Assembly: GCA_010015805.1 (NCBI GenBank)
Contig: ML978133.1
Coordinates: 434,001-498,000 of the forward strand
DNA from: Rhizodiscina lignyota
Taxonomy: Eukaryota
DNA: 64,000 bases
Direction of reading: 5' to 3'
The notes under the pieces were generated by a model. It was not told the origin of the DNA and ran no database searches. It saw only the letters and a program-made list of their open reading frames with translations. Of this stretch, positions 40,780 through 51,531 are shown piece by piece. The translations under genes were made by a program, and so were the position numbers. Numbering within the stretch: position 1 is the stretch's first letter; each line of letters opens with the position of its first letter.

Positions 40780-41017
40780 GGCAGAAGGGCAGGAGGGCAG
40801 GAAAGCAGAAGGGCGGAAAGGCAGGAAAGCAGAAAAGCAGAAGGGCGGAAGGGTAGAAGGGCAGAAGGGTAGAAGGGTAGAAGGGCAGAAGGGTAGAAGG
40901 GCAGAAGGGCAGAAGGGTGGAAGGGTGGAAGGGTAGAAGGGTAGAAGGGCGGAAGGGCGGAAGGGCAGAAAGGCAGAAAGGCAAAGGACAGAAGGGCAGA
41001 AGGGCAGAAAGGCAGGA
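40780..41017. repeat. 8-bp tandem repeat (GGYRGAAG), about 30 copies, complementary to the 9-bp array
   Basis: Units ggcagaag, ggtagaag and ggcggaag; the reverse complement CTTCTGCC equals the left unit minus one T. Confidence 0.93.
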
Positions 41018-42058
41018 AAACAATGGGCTACAAATAGCCTCCATAGACATTCAATTGACGAAGTATACTTATCCGTTCTTTGAACCTGCTGCGTGCAATG
41101 CTTTCTACGATGAGCGGACAACTCCCCCAATCAGAGCGATTTTGCTTATGTGAGCCCTTACTCTTAAACGTACAGTGATAGTGCACCCTGGTCGGCTGGC
41201 CCACGGGATGTTTGACACCCACCATCCGACCGAGATCATGCGCCTTCGATTCGCACATTTGTGCAACCGAGGCGACTTGCCCGAGTTAGAACACATATGG
41301 CCGCTGTGGCTGCTCCCTTTCTGGCTGATGCGGCCGACGGGGCCAAGGCCAGGCCCGCAAATGGAATGAATCACAAGAAGCAGACTCAGCTCATAAGGCG
41401 CTCTGCCGAGTATCGACATTTCGGCATCTTGCGGTTCTTCTCTCACTGCTCTCCTGTTTCCGCCGCTTCTAATTCTGTATAAGAAGCTTGTTTCCGCCTA
41501 AGATTGAGCTCCTTGGCATCTCGACATTGCACAGTTCTCCTCGTTGGTGCAGTTAGAGGCCTGCTTCACCTCTCATAAAGCCAAATTAAAGTGAACAAGC
41601 TGGTTGCTGATAGGTATGCTATTTCAACACATTCTCCTGAGGGATTTATAGAATCCGTTCATCCGAGTCTCTGTTATGCGCGTACTTCAACGACGAACAA
41701 AGAAATGTCTTGCCGCCTTATATTTCAAGCGCCTCAATCTCACCTCCCTTAATTCATCTTCGAATTGAAGTCTGCAAGGACGCGCTATTAGAGTAGATAT
41801 GGCAGACATGTTTTCACAAGGCCTTCATTTTCCAGCTTGAGGGACCATAGACGTTGCAAATTAAGGCCCTCCGTGTTATGATACCTTCAGTCGAGGCAGT
41901 CTGCAAGGCGCGAACATCATTCCTACTCAGATACCTGAGCCTCACAATAGCACTTCTTTCTGCTACAAACTTTCGTCTTTCATCTATTGAATATCGGCGA
42001 TAGAGCGAAGCCCTCTAACGTTACTCAGGATTCAAGAACTTCTTTCAAACAGGACGTA

Positions 42059-43460
42059 ATGGCTTCTTCACTCCTAGACAGCTCTCTGCAATACCTTGAA
42101 CCCGTCATCGAAACGGCGAAGCAACACGTCGGCCTGACGATCGGCGCCTCCGCAGCGCTCTACATTATCGCCTGCAATGCCTTACGCTTCCAACGCGTTC
42201 GCTGGTGGGAGAAGCATCTCCCATACAAGACACGCGATGACTACTCTCGCATGACTGCGGAGCACGCACGTGAAATCACGCACTATATTGCAGTTGCTGA
42301 GTTCCCTTGGGTTTACCTTAAGGGAATGCAGTTTGCGCTCTTCCGCACGTACGGTATTCCGACCATTTCGAAGCTCCTTGTGGCGACGAAGCAGTTGTCC
42401 TCTCGTGCGCACGCGACAAAGCGTTATGCTGATACGGAGATGCTGCTCGGCGAGTTCACGACACAGAAGGCGGGCTCTGAGCGCTCGAATGCGGCACTGG
42501 CGAGGCTGAATTACATCCATGGAGTGTATCAGAAGAAAGGCCAGATTACCAATGATGATATGCTGTATACGTTGTCGATGTTTGCGCTCGAGCCGAAGAG
42601 GTGGATTGCGCGGTACGAGTGGAGAGAGGTGACTCCGTTAGAGCTCTGCGCCTTGTACGTTATTTACGTCCATTGTCTCTATTGCACACACTGACAAGGA
42701 ATTGTGCAGCGGAACAGAATGGAAAGAGATCGGCGACGCTATGAACATCTCGTACGAGCCTTTGCCTTCGTACGAGAAAGGCTGGAAGGACGGGCTTCAC
42801 TGGGTCGAGGAACTTGACGAGTGGGCTTCTGCGTACGAAGAGAGGTGTATGGTTCCAAACAAGTGGAATCATCAAACCGCGGAGGAGACGACGGCAATGC
42901 TTCTTTACACGGTTCCGGAGTGGGTCAAGCCAATTGGAAGGAACCTTGTGAGCACCTTGATGGACGATAGACTCAGGAAAGCAATGATGTATGTTGTGCT
43001 TTGAAATAATCTAGTACTTTTGTCGAACGAAGCTGATATACAAAGGTATCCTGCACCTCCGCCATCGTACCCAATGTTTGTCAACACAATCTTCCGCATC
43101 CGCAAATTCATCCACAGATACCTCAGCCTTCCGCGCCCGTGGTTCCTCCGCCTTGACTTCGAGTTTCCGCAGGACAAGAAGACAGGCCGACTCCAGCGCA
43201 AGAACTACGAGCATGATCCCTGGTATGTCAAGCCGAGTCTGAAGAACCGATGGGGCAAGCAGGCCTGGATGAATTGGATGAATGGAATGCCAGCCCCAGG
43301 AGATGGTGGCGATAAGTTCTGGCCTCAAGGCGTACACTACAGCGAAATCGGTCCCGCCAGTATGCTGGGGAAGGGTGCAGAAGAAGTTGAGGCGACCAAG
43401 GCGAAACTCATGAGCATGAAGTTGGGAGGCTGCCCGTTTGCGATGGGCAAGGCGACATGA
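42059..43460 (+). CDS. MpaB/DUF2236-like ER-bound oxygenase family protein
   Basis: N-terminal hydrophobic segment, FALFRTYGIPTISKLL, KRYADT, ARLNYIH and ITNDDMLYTLSMFA, C-terminal GCPF; introns 42655-42709 and 42989-43045. Confidence 0.85.
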
Positions 43461-43480
43461 ACCCCTGCGGGATCCCGGTT

Positions 43481-44471
43481 TCAGCGAAACCACCAGTTGA
43501 CCTACATTGCTGTTAGCTCCTATCGTAAAGAAAATGCGTAGTATATATTCGCGCAGTATACCAAAATGGGAACATACCGATCCGATCATGCCTTCGTCCA
43601 CGCTCTTTATACTGTGCCACCAACCCTTGGGGATGAAAATACCATCCCCAGGACCGAGTTCCGCATCTATGAGTTTCTCTCCCTGAGAGTTTTGCCCTGC
43701 TGAGCCCCAAACCGCTTCTTCAAGGACTTTCCTCTCCTGACCAGCCATCATCTCGTCCCCACGGAATGAAGCACTGCCGCGATTCTCGCCAGTCTTTCTC
43801 CTTACTTCTCGATACAGAGTCTCCCCATCTTCTGGGTTGATAAGGCGTGCGGCTTTCCTTCCCGCTAACTGCACGAAAAGATTCGGGTTCGGATCCTTGT
43901 GCAGCGGTGTATATGTCGGCGCACGTCCAAGCCAGATGCTGCTGTCATACACGTCACCTCTGCCTGCTTCTTTGACTACTTCAGGCGTCGGAAGATCCTC
44001 TTGCAGCTCAGAAGGCAAGTCCGACAGCGGACATTGCGCGATGTAGAGCCTAGAGTTTGAGGCTTGAGCGTTCAAACCAAGGCTTTTAGCAGCCGAGCCG
44101 TGGAGGAACATCAGCAACGGCGCAGTGAGACGGGTAAATTCTATGTGGCTCCCGTTTGATGATCCATGTGTCTCTGTAAGCTCCATCGGGACGAAGGTGT
44201 CCCCATATTGCTTGAGATAGGAGACATTGATGGCGGCTGATGGTTTGGGGGTATCTCGAATGCTATGAAACCATTTTGAGATCGCTGGCAAAGCTGTAAA
44301 ATGGCCGCGCGGAAACAAGACTGGTTTCTCTTGGACGAAATACTCTCGGCGGAAGTATTCGATGGACGGGTCCTTCAAAAGGGGGACGGGAACAGTTTGT
44401 GGCGTTGTTGATATGCTTCTGCATCGACATGGAACAAAAAGCAATTGTCTCCGAGCAGCATAAGACAACAT
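43481..44471 (-). CDS. JmjC/cupin-8 2OG-Fe(II) oxygenase (JMJD5/KDM8-like)
   Basis: YIAQ, SSIWLG...TPLHKDPNPNLFVQLAGRK and LGPGDGIFIPKGWWHSI (HxD..H triad); intron 43577-43502, then VNWWFR and stop. Confidence 0.88.
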
Positions 44472-44727
44472 GAAGACGATAGAACCCCAATCAATGCAAT
44501 CTAAACGGAAACATACTCTTCTGATATAATTCTGCACCTCGATATCACCCCCTGTCGAAATGCGAGATGCGAGGCTCTCTCGGCTCGTCCCGAAGAAAGC
44601 GTAAGCACGTCATCGCTTCTGCAACCTTAAAAATTATTGGGACAATTCGCGCTGGAGAATAATGTAAGTGATCAATTACTTTTCCCTCCAGTTTCCTTTC
44701 ACTCTTTACTCTTGGAATCTCTCAGCC

Positions 44728-45484
44728 ATGGCTACGTAAGTTAAATGCGTACTTTTCAGCGTTCCCAATTTCTGTCGACCACCTGCTAACGTTCACCCCA
44801 CCAGAAACATCACATGGCATCCGTCTCTCTCACGTCGCGAGCGCAATGGCTTCCGCAAGCAGCGTGGAATGACTATCTGGTTCACGGGTCTCAGCGCATC
44901 CGGCAAATCCACAATCGCAACAGCCCTTGAGCAGCACTTGCTCCACCTCGGCCTCGCAGCATACAGGTTAGACGGAGACAATGTTCGATTCGGGCTGAAC
45001 AAGGACCTTGGGTTCTCAGAGAAGGACCGCAATGAGAATATCAGACGGATAGCCGAAGTATGCATCAACCACCCATGGTTAATAGAGCGACATGCTGACG
45101 AAACCGGGTGGAAAGGTCGCGAAACTCTTCGCTGATTCTTCTACTATTGCCCTTACTTCATTCATCTCTCCATACCGAGCAGACCGCCAGACCGCACGAG
45201 AGCTGCACGCTGAACCCGCGAAGGACCCAAAAATAGACGACGAACCGCTGCCGTTCATCGAAGTCTTCGTAGATATACCAGTTGAAGTCGCCGAGCAGCG
45301 TGATCCAAAAGGTCTGTATAAGAAGGCGAGGGAGGGCATCATCAAGGAGTTCACCGGCATAAGTGCGCCGTATGAGGCACCCGAGAAGCCGGAGATACAT
45401 ATACGGAGCGACAAGACGAGCGTGGAGGATGCGGTAAAGCAAATTGTGGCCTATTTAGAGGAGAAGGATTTGCTTAAGCTATAA
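44728..45484 (+). CDS. MET14: Adenylyl-sulfate (APS) kinase
   Basis: [44 protein letters not shown] and FTGISAPYE; introns 44736-44804 and 45058-45115. Confidence 0.97.
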
Positions 45485-45906
45485 GCGGATGATTTGCTGA
45501 ATAGGATGATCACCAATCATTGCATGACACCTACGACACGAGGCAGACATCTCAGCAGTTCAGAACAGGCGCATCCTATCATAGACGGGGTTATAGAGTG
45601 AGAGACTCCTTGCTAATAGTTCACCGCTGAAGGTATTGACCTTGCCAATTGAGCAGTGGTCCGCGACTCTGAAATCTATAGACGACAGTACTTATGTCGA
45701 ATACAATCATCTACGCCGCAATCAATCAGATATTCATTCTTTATATAAATGTGAAATGTTGTCACGTGCTCACGCGTTGACCTGTCGGCATTTCGGGGAA
45801 ATGATCCGGCTGTCGACTTCATCGCAGGTCTGCGGAAGAAGACAGGTCGGACGGCGCGAAAAATCGAGATTGCGTTAGACTCGCCTTCGCGGAGGGGGAG
45901 TGAGCA

Positions 45907-47941
45907 ATGAACAATGCACTCACGATAACGCTACGCTCCTTATCTTCTACAGGATGCTGCCGCCAGCAATTCTCGAAGCTGGCAAGCCAGCGCAGGCCCT
46001 CCGCCGACTTCTTCACCCGTGAACTTTCCTACCTCTTTCGAACGTCGCACAACGCATGCTTTGCGCCGGATCACAGGTCGACGTCGACACTATCTCAATG
46101 GCTTAATTCAAGGGATAAATTAAGTCGTCAGTTCTCACAGTATCCATCATGTCGTGCGAGAAAAGAGAAGAAATTTAGCCCGAGTAGAACTACAGGACAT
46201 AGGAGGCCTACCGATCATATTACCGCCGCTGCAGCTGCAGCTGAAGCTGAATCGAAGAACCAGCAACAACGCCGTCGTCAACGGAGTGACTCGCCTCCAG
46301 CATTGCCGGAACAGCCATTCACAGACACCCAGATTAAGCAGATCTTCGGCGCTAATGCGGATATCGACAGCGACACAGGAAACTACTTGCTATCTGTCAT
46401 TCACTATCGTCGAGAGACCGGTTCACTGGCAGAGCATGGGGTCGGCCCCACTATACACGAAGTATGGTCTGAGGAGATGGGACAACGGGGACTAAAGTGG
46501 CTGAGAGAACGATACCCACTGGATGAGGAAGCAGCAGCAGCTGACTGGGCTGAACATGAGGCGGCAAAACTGGAGGATAACATGTACATCAAAAGAGGCC
46601 AGCAATTGGGCCTATATAAGAGAGATAAGGACAGTGAGGTTGACACAGAGAAAGATGACACCGGCTGGAGAGACATTGTGTATGGAAAAAGTGGACTGGA
46701 TATGATTCGGGAAGAAAACATAGCTCGACGCGCGGAAAAACACAGACAGAAAGAGGAAGAGGAGCGGCGGGAAGAGCAGAGACAAAGGGCCAACGCACAG
46801 TTGGAGTTGGCTCAGGCAGAGTCTGCAAGAAAACTGGGCAGAAGACGAGATGGACGTCCCTTACCCAAGAATCAGAAACGTTCAGGCGAATCAGATGCTC
46901 TAGTAGGGACGGAGAAAGAATCTGCGTGGGATTACTGGCGCAGACGTGCCGTTGTGCTTGACAGTCCCACTCCGCCCAGATTGAGTACGGTGAGTCTCGT
47001 CTATTTCTTCCAATACTTATTGGACCTATTATTGATCAGTTAGTAGATGGAGAGAATAGGGCCCACCACGCTAGTCACCCTCCTCACCGTTGCTGCTTGT
47101 ATTCTCTTCGCTTCCATCTACACTCCACCAGATCGCGACTCACGCTGGTTCCCGGATGTTCCTCCCGCAATCGCTACGGCTTTGGGCCTCACTGCCATTC
47201 ACGTACTGGTTTTTCTGGCGTGGAGAGGCCTTGGCCCTGCGTGGCGGTTTCTCAACATGTACTTTGTCCATGTTCCAGGCTACCCCTTCGCCATGAGCAC
47301 CATCGGGAGCGTCTTCAGCCATCAAGAACTAGCTCATTTAGCTGTTAACTCGCTATGGCTGGGGACGGTGTGCGTACAGCTTCATGAGCTCATTGGTAGA
47401 GGTAACTTCCTTGCCGTATATGTTTCGAGCGGCGTCATTGGAGTATGGGCGAGTATGGTATGGCACGTCAGCCGAGGAGTCTTGATCACAAGTTCCCTAG
47501 GTGCTAGTGGTGCAATCTACGGATGTATCAGTGCCTTGTGCCTACTGCTACCTAAGTATGTTATGTCACTCTCCAATTCTCGTCTGCAAACGCATTGAAT
47601 ATGGACATTTGCTAACAATTTCTCGGCACAGCCAACGAATCGACATGTGGATACCTTTTACTAATTGGGATTGGGGCATCCCATCAATACCTGTGCTGGT
47701 TATATTGGCCTTGTACGAAGCTTTTGGGCTGTTCCGATTGTCATCGCGGACCAGTGTCGATCACGGGGCGCATATTGGAGGCATGGTGACAGGCATTGTG
47801 GGCGCGCAGTTGATACGGTGGCAAGTGGCACATCGAGCAACGAAAGCAGAGGAGATGAGACAGGAGAAGGGTGCCTTTGGAGGCAATGCGCCGTGGAGGC
47901 AAAGTAAAGCTGAAGGCGTAAAACCTGAGGAAACTGACTAG
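45907..47941 (+). CDS. PCP1: Mitochondrial rhomboid protease (Pcp1/PARL-like)
   Basis: Presequence-like N-terminus; FSHQELAHLAVN, catalytic GASG and DHGAHIGG; introns 46990-47046 and 47556-47630. Confidence 0.85.
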
Positions 47942-48417
47942 CTGACTACCCACCCACTCAGAATCTGTACTATACTTGTACATAAAGAAAAGCGACTTCG
48001 TACTTCACTGCCAGTAAGAATCTAACTTCTCTTCTCTTCCTGCTGAGCGGTGAGGTTTGTGCTGAAAAACGAGGTTATGGGCAACGTGCACGGATCTCGT
48101 GGGTGCAGGCACATGCTTTGCCTGTTGCGTCACTCGTCCACCAGAACTTCTCCATCCCTGCCGAACCGCGACCTTGCGCGTCCGCCGCCGCCCACTTGCG
48201 CCTCGCACCCGTGCCTGACCATGGATGCAACTTGTTCATATTGCCATTCTTGCCATCTCCCGTGTCTCTATGGATAGGGGCTTAGCATCATGTCAGCGAT
48301 GCGTTGTTGTTTCACTGCAGCCCACAACTTGCCATAGTGTGTAACTTGACCGTCGACGAAGACAAACAAATACCGGAGCGTGCCTCGAGTAGACGTTGGA
48401 ACGAGAAGGAAATAGCA

Positions 48418-51261
48418 ATGGCGCCATTCAACCAATTCATTAGAGATGTGCGGCAGCATGACGAAAGCCCCCCGCCGGTCGTTGCCCGATTCTTTTTCAC
48501 CTCGCCGTATGCCATAGACGATCCGCTCTCGCCTCTCCCTCCGCCGATGACATTGAACAGCGATGCCCGAGCCATTAGACAGGCTCCGAGACCGTTTTCG
48601 GTGTATGACAATGACGCCTTGGAAGAGGCATGGACGAAGTTGCGCAGGGAGATACACAGAGTGACATATGAGGGAGAGGATCAAGCCCGGAGAACTAAAG
48701 TAGCTGGCAGTGGCGAGGGCAAGAGTCAATCTAAGCAAACAGCTGCCAGAGATGTTCAGCGGACGCAAAAGCAAGACGTATCTAGGTACAGTTCGGATGG
48801 TGACGCTCCATCGTCGTCCTTGCCCATACGGGAGCATAGCAGTTCCATATCTGGGATGGACACGACCGGGAATCCGTTCATTCGAGCTCCATCTAGAAAG
48901 AACATCAGTCAAGCTCAAGAGGCACGTCTGGAGTCGAGGCCACTCGCCCAGATGATGGATAGCTATGAATGGGATGATGAATTCCACGGGCAAGAGGAAC
49001 AGGTGACGCAGCGGCCCAGTACAGCAGAGTCTGTTGGACCTACCGAGAAGGTTCCGGTGGGTATCTCACGATTGCATTCGGTGGTAATGCCTCAGCTACA
49101 GTGGGTATTCTTAAGGTGTTTACAGCTATATAAAGCAGCTAACTTTCTCAGGATGGAACCAATCTATTGGTCTCCCGTAAACGACATCGCCCCTGTGGTT
49201 CGAGCAACTTGGTTCTACAAGGATAACATGCTACCAGTCGAAGTCGAGGTTGCGAATATGCTTGAAGCTGGATATGCTGCAATGCGGCCGTGGACAGAGA
49301 CATGGAGGGATGAGTTGAACAGTGCGGTCGAAGTCGGAGCTATAGGCGAGATGAAGATAGTCCATCGCTTATGGCCCGAAAAGGTCACTAAGCGGGAAAG
49401 TCGACCCAGCACGTCTGGAGCGTTGGAATCTGGTTCGGCAATGGGGTATGGCCTCTTTACCCGACTCAAATACGACCATACTGACTATGGTTTAGGAGTG
49501 TTGAGCCCGATGATCCAGAAAAGGAGCATCGAGAAATACTCTCAACAGCATCAGCTATCATTGACTCCGCGGTTGGAGAACAAGACGTTGATAATAAGGC
49601 TTCCGGCTCGACGCCATTCGGAAGAGATGGATACCCACGAAAATATGCGCAGGCTGGAGTCATTTATGCCAATGAGACGGAAGCGTATCTTCTTCGGCCA
49701 AATTTGCAACCGTCAGATTACTATGGCCGCAAACCTCTTGCAAGCTACATTCGAAAAGGCCGAAGGATTGGCATACCGGTCGTTCGGGGATTCAATCAGA
49801 CAGCTTGGGATGTTCTCCACCCCACCAAGAAGTCACCTACGGCCGTGAAGGCTCAAGAAGGTGTTTCGAGTGCGGAAGCTGGAGCGCCGCAGAACCGTCG
49901 CCAGAAGCTGGATCCGACGTTTGCTCTGTCTGAAAGACCGAAAGTGACTGATTTGATTCTAGTGATTCACGGAATCGGACAGAAGCTTTCGGAAAGAATT
50001 GAAAGTTATCATTTCACTCATGCGATGAATGCATTCCGAAGGGAAATTAACATAGAACTCGGGACGGATGCGGTGAAGGCTCATTTACGGAAGGATATGG
50101 GTGGAGTTATGCTGCTGCCGGTAAGTCAAATGCTCTCTTAAAATCGCGACCCTTGAAGTCCGCATGTCTTGACGATTGAGATGTCGACGTGCATATTTTA
50201 GCACTCAATGCTGACTGGCACAGATTAATTGGAGATTGAGTCTCAAGTTTGAAGATGGTGGCTACCACGATGGCTCAGAGGATTCGATATCAAATCACTA
50301 TTCTCTGAAAGACATCACCCCGGACACTCTTCCATCTGTGCGCAACATTGTCGGCGACGTTCTGCTGGACCTTCCTTATTACCTATCTCAGGAGCACAAT
50401 CCAAAGATGGTGCGGGCATGTATCCAGGAAGCCAATCGTATCTATCGACTATGGTGTGCGAATAACCCCGGTTTTGCAGAATATGGGCGCGTCCATATTC
50501 TAGCTCACTCACTCGGAAGCGTTATGGCATTTGATATCCTGAGTAACCAACCAACGCACGTCGACAAGAGCTGGGCCGACCCGAGTGTGCCAGAATCAGA
50601 CCTGCCACAAGACTGCTTCTTGTTCGACACTAGCACACTCTTCTCAGCCGGTAGTCCTGTTGGCTTTTTCTTACTCCTCAAACGAGCGCAACTACTTCCC
50701 CGAAAACATAGGCGTAAACCTGGTGTCGATGAGGCCGTGTCCAGCACTCCTGGTGTAGCCGGCGAGCGAGGTCAGTTTGGGTGTCTGGCACTTGACAACA
50801 TCTTCAATGTCATCAACGGATACGACCCGGTTGCGTATCAGCTCAATGCGGCTTTTGATGTCGCGTACAGCAAAACATTAAAGCCAGCCTTCTTGCCCAG
50901 CGCCAATAAGTCTTGGTACCTTGCCAATCCATTCAGCCGCGGTGGGGCTGATACTAGCCTGAAGCCTCCAGTGCCGCGACTACCCTCGAACGTGGAGCTC
51001 GAGACGCACAACTTTACAAGAGAAGAGATTGCGGAGGAGCGGGCGTATCTGCTCAACGACAACGGGCAGGTCGACTACTTCTTGCGATACGGCGGCGGAC
51101 CGCTAGAGATTCAATACCTGACGATGCTAGGTGCGCATAGTAGTTACTGGATCAGTAAGGATTTCATTAGATTTATGGTGATTGAAGTTGGTCGGGAGCG
51201 GGGGAGAGAAGGAACGCTGCAGGTAATGAGGGCGCAGAAGAAGAAGCAGGCTGGAGTGTAA
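48418..51261 (+). CDS. DDHD-domain phospholipase A1 (PA-PLA1 family)
   Basis: LILVIHGIGQ, lipase motif AHSLGS, AGSPVG, DPVAY and VDYFL...AHSSYW; three introns. Confidence 0.9.
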
Positions 51262-51531
51262 AAGCGGCTCGATGTGCGAGCATTGTGATACCCTAGAACG
51301 ACTGATTAGATTGTTGCAATATATGGTACATTCTCTCACGTATACATTCTCTCTCAAATTCTCGCCAGCTCAAGTCGGCCTGATGTCAGCATCCCTGCAT
51401 AAAAAGTTGAGAACATCGCGGTCCCGAAAAAGAATTGTTGGAGGTAACATCAACGCCTCCCTATAACATATAACCCTTCCGGCCTGCTTGATAAATGGTA
51501 AGATGCTCACTTCAAACTGTAAACTGCAAAA

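Larger units (their letters stand above)
39895..41195 (+). ncRNA. Candidate long hairpin (fold-back) RNA / long inverted repeat, unannotated family
   Basis: 40403-40586 pairs with 40591-40772 around a C-TTCG-G loop with many G.U pairs. Complementary microsatellites and degenerate outer arms extend the fold. Confidence 0.55.

Noticed and set aside
40111..41017. CRISPR array
   Set aside because: Eukaryotic context, no unique spacers and no cas genes; these are simple tandem repeats.
39841..41153. Low-complexity ORFs in several frames (poly-Leu, SAS, RRS, EEA, FCL, LLPFCPS)
   Set aside because: By-products of stop-free 9-mer and 8-mer repeats; they are open in many frames at once and lack gene signals.
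39700..42000. Telomerase RNA, SRP, RNase P or MRP identity for the structured region
   Set aside because: No CTAACCCTAA template or recognisable conserved boxes seen on either strand.
43011..43480. C-terminal 190 aa of the 508-aa minus-strand ORF
   Set aside because: Read-through of an intron and antisense to the MpaB-like last exon; the spliced JmjC protein ends at 43481.
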